From: a virus
Lineage: Duplodnaviria > Caudoviricetes
DNA length: 50,104 bases
IMG/VR virus record: IMGVR_UViG_3300030045_000003
Span: 1-50,104 of that record
Reading direction: 5' to 3' (one strand)
In this document: in pieces, positions 44,003-50,104 of the stretch
Layout of the letters: each line of letters opens with the position of its first letter
Position numbering within the stretch: position 1 is the first letter of the stretch
The notes under the pieces: model-generated
The model's database searches: none
What the model was told of the DNA's origin: nothing
Seen by the model: the letters and a program-made list of their open reading frames with translations, nothing else
Made by a program: the position numbers and the translations under genes

Positions 44003-45121
44003 TCAGTAGCCCATCGCCTGCCAGGTGATGCTGTTTGCGTTCACGTCCACGACGAAGCCGGACGTGGTCAGGCTATCGACCCGGATGGCGGATGATTGGT
44101 TGTTGCAGGAGACGACGACAGAGACGCAGGCGGTCGGAAAAATCTTCGGGAAGCTGATCCCGGTTGCGACGTTGTTCGGCACGGCGATTTGACCGCCCTG
44201 GAGGATGGCGCCATTTGGCAGCACCATGAACATCGGCTGCGCCAGGTGGATATTCGATCCGCTGAATGCCGTCGTCGCCACGGCACCCACTTGCGCCGCC
44301 GTGTAGTCGCCTGTCGTTGGCACCACAGCACCGGAGCGGCCATTGAAGCTTGTGACGGCCGCGGCCAGCCACGCGAGCGCGGAGCCCGTCCAGGCCAGCA
44401 CGGTGCCGGCAATGGTCGGCGCGGCCACGAATCCCGTCGTGCCGGGCGCAGTCTGGACGACGAGCTCATTGGCTGCGCCGCCCGCGATGCTGCCGGCCGT
44501 GCCGGTGGCCGGGTTCGTCAGGATGTAGGCACCGATCACGGGCGACCAGACAAGCTCCATCGGGAAGCCGGCCGCAGGGATGTCGCCCGCGTTGAGCGCC
44601 GATCCGCCGAACTTCTGCACCGGGTACGCGGACAGCACGGTAGACCCGAGGGTCAGCGTAAGCGTCACAGCGCCCGTGTTCGCCCCCGCGGCTTGGAGCG
44701 TGAAGGACAGGAAGGCCGGAAGCGACGTCAGGCCAGAGGGCAGCGTGGCGGTCAGGCTGTTCGTGCCCGACGCAATGCAAGAGCCCCAGGTGTTTTCTTG
44801 CAGGACATCCGGTTGCAGCATCGCCGCAGCATCGCCGGCCGTCACCAGTTGCGCCGCGATATCGCCCGCGTTCCAGGTCAGCGCCGTGGTGTTTTGCTGG
44901 GCGCGCACCACCGTGCACACGTCGCTGGAACGCGCCGTCACAAGCACGACTTCCACGATCTGCTGCGTCGATGCGTCCTTGAGCGTCAGGTAGAACGCCT
45001 CACCGGCCGCGGGCTCAGGAAACTCCGTGCCCGTGCCCGTCGCCAGCGTCAGCGTCGTCGCCGATGCGTTGATGCCGCTTTGCAGCGTCGTCGCGGCGAG
45101 ATTGTTGAACAGGAGGATCAT
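44003..45121 (-). CDS. Tail fibre protein 1
   Basis: 372 aa; VTSFNGRSGAV repeat motif; C-terminal LPNG.ILQ.G...FP..FP..C...W.A.GY domain. Confidence 0.8.
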   Translation of the reverse strand: MILLFNNLAATTLQSGINASATTLTLATGTGTEFPEPAAGEAFYLTLKDASTQQIVEVVLVTARSSDVCTVVRAQQNTTALTWNAGDIAAQLVTAGDAAAMLQPDVLQENTWGSCIASGTNSLTATLPSGLTSLPAFLSFTLQAAGANTGAVTLTLTLGSTVLSAYPVQKFGGSALNAGDIPAAGFPMELVWSPVIGAYILTNPATGTAGSIAGGAANELVVQTAPGTTGFVAAPTIAGTVLAWTGSALAWLAAAVTSFNGRSGAVVPTTGDYTAAQVGAVATTAFSGSNIHLAQPMFMVLPNGAILQGGQIAVPNNVATGISFPKIFPTACVSVVVSCNNQSSAIRVDSLTTSGFVVDVNANSITWQAMGY

Positions 45122-45810
45122 ATTTGCACCGCAAAGGTGTATTGGAACGGCAGCAGCAGCACGCCTGAGTTTACTGCCGCCTTGAGGGCGCTGGCGAGCG
45201 CGGTCGGCGAATGGACGCTCGGGCTGGTCACCATTTCGTTGAAACCCGAGCCGCTTCCGTTGAACGAAAAGCCATCGAAAGACGCGCCGCCAGTCTGCTT
45301 TCGGTTGGTCTCGGACACGGTGATCAGCACGTCCGATGCGCTGGTGAATCGCACGCTGACTTCGTAGGTCTGATCCGGGAAAATCTCGCCTCGCAGGAAC
45401 CGTTCTACCCGGCGCTTGAGCCAGCGAATCGAGAACGCATACCCGTCACCCTTGAACGTGTTCCACTGGATGATGCGCTGATAGGTCAGGTCATCGGCGG
45501 TGTAGTTCGACGAACTGTTGATGAACGACAGCGGGTCGAACGTATCGGCGTTGAACTCAAAGGTGTTCCATGGCCCGATGGCGCGCGGGCCACCCGAGGA
45601 CAGGCTGGGGCGAAACACGCCGTAGATGCTCGATGCGGCCCACGACAGCAGCGCGCCGGTCTGGTTCAGGTAGATCGGCAACTGGTAGCCGTTGATGGCG
45701 TCCAGGTTCGCCTGACTCAGCGCGTTGAGCGACCCGAAGAATGCCCCGACGTTATCGTCCCCTTGATACTGGGTATACAGGTACGACGGCAGTGTCGTGG
45801 TGATGTTCAC
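45118..45810 (-). CDS. Baseplate wedge protein
   Basis: 230 aa after baseplate J-like gene. Confidence 0.7.
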   Translation of the reverse strand: MNITTTLPSYLYTQYQGDDNVGAFFGSLNALSQANLDAINGYQLPIYLNQTGALLSWAASSIYGVFRPSLSSGGPRAIGPWNTFEFNADTFDPLSFINSSSNYTADDLTYQRIIQWNTFKGDGYAFSIRWLKRRVERFLRGEIFPDQTYEVSVRFTSASDVLITVSETNRKQTGGASFDGFSFNGSGSGFNEMVTSPSVHSPTALASALKAAVNSGVLLLPFQYTFAVQI

Positions 45811-45813
45811 GGA

Positions 45814-47010
45814 TCAGCCCTGCACCACGGAAATATTTGACGTGGCCGCAAAGAAGAACGCTTCCGGGTCGCCAGAAATCAGAACGCCGCCGCTTGGCGG
45901 TGCCACGACGGTGCTGTTGATCGTGACGACGAATTGCAGCTTGGAGAGCGAGCCTTCCGGGATCACGCCCGAAACCGCATTGATGAATGCGTCCTGCAGC
46001 GCCAGCAGGCTCATGGGCTGGCCCACGTAGATCGAATTGATGTAGCTCACCATGGCCGGCTGCACCAGCGCCACGACCACGGCCTGAGAGACGAAGTTCG
46101 CCGATGACGCCGTGTTCCATGTGATGGTCAGCCCCACGACGTCCTGCGCCGGCACCACAAAGACAATCTCGTAGGTGTCGGGGAAATCGTTGATCGCGAT
46201 GGTTTCGGTCGTTCCCACCGTTGCGGCCGGCTGCAGGTCGAGGAAGTTGAACAGCGACTGAAACAGCGCGTTCGCCACCTGGTACGGGTCGCCACCGCCG
46301 ACGATGGCCTGCCATCCGCCGCCCGTCTGCCGGAACGAGATCAGGCGCGCCTGCACGCCGTTGACCTGCTCAAGCGCCGTGCGAACCAGCTTGGAGATAC
46401 CTGTCCCGACCGCCTGCCCGGCCTGGATGACCTGCGCCTGATACTCGGCGAGCGTCTGTTCGGCGCCGCCCGGCACGCCCGTCGCCGGGTTCGTCACCGT
46501 GCAAGTGATGGTGCTCGGGACACTCGTGATCAGTTCCGTGACCGATGCGGGCGGCACCGCCCAGCTTCCCGAGTCGATGGCAAGGCAGAAGACAGCCGAA
46601 CTCATGCCCACCGGGCCGGGGCCGGAAATTATCGTCGGGTCTTGCGTGACGTATTGGTGCGTACCGTCGCCGACGATGAAGCCGGCATTGATGACGAAGC
46701 CAGGCGAGCCGCTGAAGACCACATAGACGGACGTGTTCGACCCGATGCCGCGCTGCACCCCGTAGACCATGCCGAGCTGGTACAGGATGAACTCGTTTGC
46801 GGTCAGCGGCGAGATGGAATTGATCAGGTCAACCGCCGCCGCGTCCTGGACGATCAGCGCGCCCGTTCCCGTGCTGCTCAAGTCCTCGATCAGCGAGCCC
46901 GGTAGGGTTGTCGTCAGGCCCGGCGCGAGCGCGACAGCGCCGGCCACCAATTGGGCGTTCAGGTTGGCGATGCTGGTCGGAACCGCCCCGGCGGAAGTGA
47001 TGAGCGGCAT
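45814..47010 (-). CDS. Baseplate J-like protein
   Basis: 398 aa; VTNP....GG..Q....Y and V.GV motifs; canonical position. Confidence 0.85.
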   Translation of the reverse strand: MPLITSAGAVPTSIANLNAQLVAGAVALAPGLTTTLPGSLIEDLSSTGTGALIVQDAAAVDLINSISPLTANEFILYQLGMVYGVQRGIGSNTSVYVVFSGSPGFVINAGFIVGDGTHQYVTQDPTIISGPGPVGMSSAVFCLAIDSGSWAVPPASVTELITSVPSTITCTVTNPATGVPGGAEQTLAEYQAQVIQAGQAVGTGISKLVRTALEQVNGVQARLISFRQTGGGWQAIVGGGDPYQVANALFQSLFNFLDLQPAATVGTTETIAINDFPDTYEIVFVVPAQDVVGLTITWNTASSANFVSQAVVVALVQPAMVSYINSIYVGQPMSLLALQDAFINAVSGVIPEGSLSKLQFVVTINSTVVAPPSGGVLISGDPEAFFFAATSNISVVQG

Positions 47011-47013
47011 GGG

Positions 47014-47334
47014 CTAGGTGTAGATCGGTTCAGTGATGGGATCACCGTTCAGCGCCGTCGCATTCACGGCGTAGGTCGGCTGCTGGGCCGTAGTGTCGGC
47101 GGAAACCACGACCGAGGCAAAGTAGGGCGCGTACTGCGCCTGCGTGCGCGCCACCGCGGCATCAGGGGCAATCTGGGTGTTCACGGACTGGCGCGCGGGC
47201 AGGCCATAGTTGCCGTACAGCGGGCTTTCGTTTTGTTCCAGGCGCAGGGTTTGAACGAGCGTTGCCAGCCACACGCGCGACGTGTCGGTGATTTCATACC
47301 ATACCCCCGCGGCATCGCGGCCCCAAGTCCTCAT
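47014..47334 (-). CDS. Baseplate wedge/sheath initiator (gp25/W-like)
   Basis: MRTWGR...TL.QTLRL...ESP.Y.NYG.P; ATG 47334 overlapping the spike stop. Confidence 0.7.
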   Translation of the reverse strand: MRTWGRDAAGVWYEITDTSRVWLATLVQTLRLEQNESPLYGNYGLPARQSVNTQIAPDAAVARTQAQYAPYFASVVVSADTTAQQPTYAVNATALNGDPITEPIYT

Positions 47335-48140
47335 GCTGGTGCTCCAGAATTTCCGGTGACGTTGCCCGACCCGATGTGATACGTTCCCGGCAAGTGTTCG
47401 TGAGACAGGAAGCTCTTTCCGCCCACCGTCAGCGTTGCAAACGAGCCGGCGCCGCTGCACGTCATTGTCGCGCACGACACGGCACCAGTCACGGCCACGT
47501 CAGCCAGGAACGTCGCCCCGCCGGTCACCGCGATGGTTCCGCCGACAGTCAGGTTGCCGCTGATCGCAACGTTCCCGTTGAATGCGCTGTTCGGGCAGTT
47601 CACCGTGACGTTGCTTGGTGCATCAACAGTGACGTTGCCGCCCGAAATCGTCACCGTCGTCGATCCCTGGATGACCTTCACCTGGGATGTGTCCACGATG
47701 ATTTCCGCCGTGCCGTCGTCGGTCAGAATCTTGGCCCCGTTCGGGGCTTGGATGACGACGGCATTCGCGTCAACGGTCGGCCATGCCGTGTTGCCCAGCG
47801 GCACATACACCAGCGCGCCCAGGTTCGATGGGGCCACCAAGGGCGCCAGGCCCGCGCCAAGGCCCGTCACGCCGCCCAGGCGGGCCGTTGCCGCCACCAC
47901 CATGCCTTTGTCGCCCACTTGCACCGGCAGACGCACGTAGCGCGATTCCGCGATGGGGCATGTCACCTGGGGTAGCGTGAAGTCGCTCGCCACCTCGAAC
48001 ACGACCGTAACGATCGCGCCATCAACCGACACGACGCTGACGGGCCAGGACTGGCCGGCAAGCTGATCACCGTCTGCCATGCTGCTGGCGATCAGGCGCG
48101 ACAGCGTCAGCGCGAGCGGCTTTTTCGTGGAAATGCTCAT
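47331..48140 (-). CDS. Baseplate central spike (gpV-like)
   Basis: OB-fold-like N-terminus, beta-helix repeats, C-terminal H-E-H metal-binding motif; ATG 48140. Confidence 0.8.
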   Translation of the reverse strand: MSISTKKPLALTLSRLIASSMADGDQLAGQSWPVSVVSVDGAIVTVVFEVASDFTLPQVTCPIAESRYVRLPVQVGDKGMVVAATARLGGVTGLGAGLAPLVAPSNLGALVYVPLGNTAWPTVDANAVVIQAPNGAKILTDDGTAEIIVDTSQVKVIQGSTTVTISGGNVTVDAPSNVTVNCPNSAFNGNVAISGNLTVGGTIAVTGGATFLADVAVTGAVSCATMTCSGAGSFATLTVGGKSFLSHEHLPGTYHIGSGNVTGNSGAPA

Positions 48141-49105
48141 GTCGGCGTTCCCACGTAGGTGTCGAACACGCTGATCCAGGCTTCGGCGGAGTTTTGCCGG
48201 CTGTCGCCCAAGTGCCGGATGTTGCGAATGGTGAACTCGCCATTGAAGGACGTCACGAACTTGTCTTTGGTCAGCGCGTTGACCGCAGCGCCGGACGTGA
48301 CGTTGATCAGGGACTTCTGGGGCATCTGCACCACGTCGCCGCCGTTCAGGTCGGCGCGCAGCACGGTGCGAAACTGCATCGTCCCCGGATCGACCCACGT
48401 CGGCTGGCCGATGAGGTCGAGGAAGCTGATCGGCTTGGCGGTCGGCTTGACTGTGCCGTCCGTCAGAAAGAAGCCGGCGCCCTGCTGCCAAAGGCTGGCG
48501 CCCGGATAGGTGCTAGCCGGGATGATGGCGCGGCTGGTCTTGAGGACGTAGGCCGCAAGCTGCGGCAGGGTCTTGTAGACCCATGGCTGATCCTGTGGGT
48601 AGACCAGCGATGACGACAGGCTACCCGTGATCGGGGCGCCCGGATACGCGATCTGAAGAACCTGCTTGACCGCATCGCCGAGCGGCGTGCCGGCGCGCCA
48701 GGTGTAGGAGATGTTCGCCGGGTCGGCGTTCGTGCCGGCCTGCGCGTAGGCAATCAGTTCGAGCGAGACTTCGCGCCCCTGCCAGTTGCCATAGGCTTGG
48801 AAAATCTGGCCCTTCAGCAGAATCCCAGCCTGCGCGGGATTTGCCAGTGGCAGACCCTTTGCCATGCCGCCGTACACCTCGATATTCATGTCGTTGAGGT
48901 TGCGCGCCGCCACGATGTCCGAGAAATTGACCCCGGAGATTTTCACGCGCGCACCGCCCACCGGATCGCCGTAGGCGTAGACCGGGATGTCGAACTCGAC
49001 TTTCAAGGCCGCGCCGTTCGTTGTCCCGTCCGGATTGAACGAGGTATAGAAGGCGAGCACGTCCCCGCTTTTGGGTTCAGTGATGCGGACGTAGTAGGCG
49101 CGCAT
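48137..49105 (-). CDS. Baseplate hub protein
   Basis: MRAYYVRIT...GNWQG...DLIGQPTW...RHLGDSR; upstream of the spike. Confidence 0.75.
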   Translation of the reverse strand: MRAYYVRITEPKSGDVLAFYTSFNPDGTTNGAALKVEFDIPVYAYGDPVGGARVKISGVNFSDIVAARNLNDMNIEVYGGMAKGLPLANPAQAGILLKGQIFQAYGNWQGREVSLELIAYAQAGTNADPANISYTWRAGTPLGDAVKQVLQIAYPGAPITGSLSSSLVYPQDQPWVYKTLPQLAAYVLKTSRAIIPASTYPGASLWQQGAGFFLTDGTVKPTAKPISFLDLIGQPTWVDPGTMQFRTVLRADLNGGDVVQMPQKSLINVTSGAAVNALTKDKFVTSFNGEFTIRNIRHLGDSRQNSAEAWISVFDTYVGTPT

Positions 49106-49107
49106 GG

Positions 49108-49977
49108 CTATAGGTACTGAGTTTCCCACGCCGCCAGAATCGTTCGGTCGGAGTCGCTGACGATGGCGTCCCAGACGATGGTTTCGCAGGTGTAGAACGA
49201 TCCCGGGCCGGGCGCTTCGGCCGAGCCTATTTCGGCTGTCAGCGCATCGGAGCGCGGGCCGGTGTCGAGGGTTCCCGAGCCATTGACCAGCGCCGAATCG
49301 ACGTACAGCGCGACTGCGCCACTGGTTCCGTTGCGAGTGCTGATTCCGAAGTGCGGCGCACCATCGTTGATGGTTGCGGTGGATCGCACGGTCGTGCTGT
49401 CATCAGGCCCTAGGCCAATGGTCAGCTTGCCGCCGAGACATCCCACGCCGAAATCGTTAGCTGGGCCTGGCGCGTCGTGATACACGAATCCGGCCATGTA
49501 GAACCAGCGCGCGCTGTCCACCGTGGTGGTAGCCGTGAACACGGATGCCGTTGTCCAGTCATTTTGCGCGGCATCGCTGTTGTCGAAGTAGAGAGCGCCG
49601 CCGCCGATGTAGCCGTACAGGTTGCCGGCGATGATGTTGAACGTGCCATCGTTCCAAATCAGAGGGGTTCCGACGCCAACCTCTCCGACTGCATTCTTGC
49701 CATTTCCGCTCTGGTCGTACCAGGTGTCGACGTAGACCGATCCTCCGGTTGATCCGCCTATCAGCGCGAGCACCGCCGACAGGTCGATGTAGCCATTCAC
49801 GAAACCGATGTCCGCTTGCGGGTTGGTTGTTCCGTTGTAGTAGGTCACATGCACGCAAGGGCCGGTGTACGCGGAATAGAGCTTCCGGAACGAGTAGGCA
49901 CGCTTGGCCTTCAGGGCCATGCCGTCGAGCCCCACGGGCGGCGGGGGCGGCGGGGGCGGCGGCGGGGGCGGCGGGCC
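49108..49977 (-). CDS. 3' part of junction-spanning gene: poly-Pro linker plus concanavalin/LamG-like domain
   Basis: G-P13 then AYSFRKL.SAYTGP...DIGF...WYDQSGNG motif (arabinofuranosidase-B catalytic-domain-like fold). Confidence 0.75.
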   Translation of the reverse strand, partial: GPPPPPPPPPPPPPVGLDGMALKAKRAYSFRKLYSAYTGPCVHVTYYNGTTNPQADIGFVNGYIDLSAVLALIGGSTGGSVYVDTWYDQSGNGKNAVGEVGVGTPLIWNDGTFNIIAGNLYGYIGGGALYFDNSDAAQNDWTTASVFTATTTVDSARWFYMAGFVYHDAPGPANDFGVGCLGGKLTIGLGPDDSTTVRSTATINDGAPHFGISTRNGTSGAVALYVDSALVNGSGTLDTGPRSDALTAEIGSAEAPGPGSFYTCETIVWDAIVSDSDRTILAAWETQYL

Positions 49978-50104
49978 GGGCGGGCGCGCAGGGAACGGCA
50001 GCGCCGGCAGGCCTGGAATCTCGAAGGACTGGCTTGAGTCCCGGAAGATGATCGACGTGGTGAAGTAGCCCAGCGTCAGGCTCAGGTTGTACGTGTCCGG
50101 AGAT
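49978..50104. repeat. Terminal direct repeat (127 bp), right copy
   Basis: Identical to 1-127. Confidence 0.95.

Noticed and set aside
34512-49977. Diversity-generating retroelement or invertible fibre cassette
   Set aside because: No reverse transcriptase, template/variable repeat pair, or invertase recognised.

Overview
The window is a complete, circularly assembled ~50 kb high-GC dsDNA phage genome: bases 1-127 are identical to 49978-50104. The contractile-tail (myovirus) morphogenesis module is of the Burkholderia phage Bcep781/Aaphi23-like type. The minus strand carries terS, terL, portal, head, tail and baseplate genes (running through the assembly junction), then fibres, a full lysis cassette and an accessory fibre-like module. 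A divergent control region at ~24 kb separates a leftward Cro/ParB/replication/Nin operon from rightward early operons (RecT and many small ORFs). Five sigma70-type promoters each overlap a shared TCGG-N4-CCGA palindrome. No integrase, CI-type repressor, DNA polymerase or cas gene is recognisable. The standout locus is 29.1-32.5 kb. It holds a transposase-less tnpB (rearranged RuvC-II, G/E type) translationally coupled into the early operon, followed by a 3-repeat type I-F CRISPR mini-array written in frame inside a small protein gene. Spacer 2 matches the phage's own upstream gene at 30/32 nt, where a synonymous CGG/CGT difference removes the I-F PAM. The predicted TnpB guide matches the phage's own downstream gene at 15/16 nt. 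This looks like an RNA-guided inter-phage competition/homing (or self-regulatory) module. Also notable: tRNA-like structured RNAs upstream of terS, a -1 frameshift in the tail chaperone, four free-standing endonucleases with recoded neighbouring sequence, and a baseplate protein fused to a lectin-like domain by a polyproline linker. All family assignments are from motif recognition by eye, not database searches.
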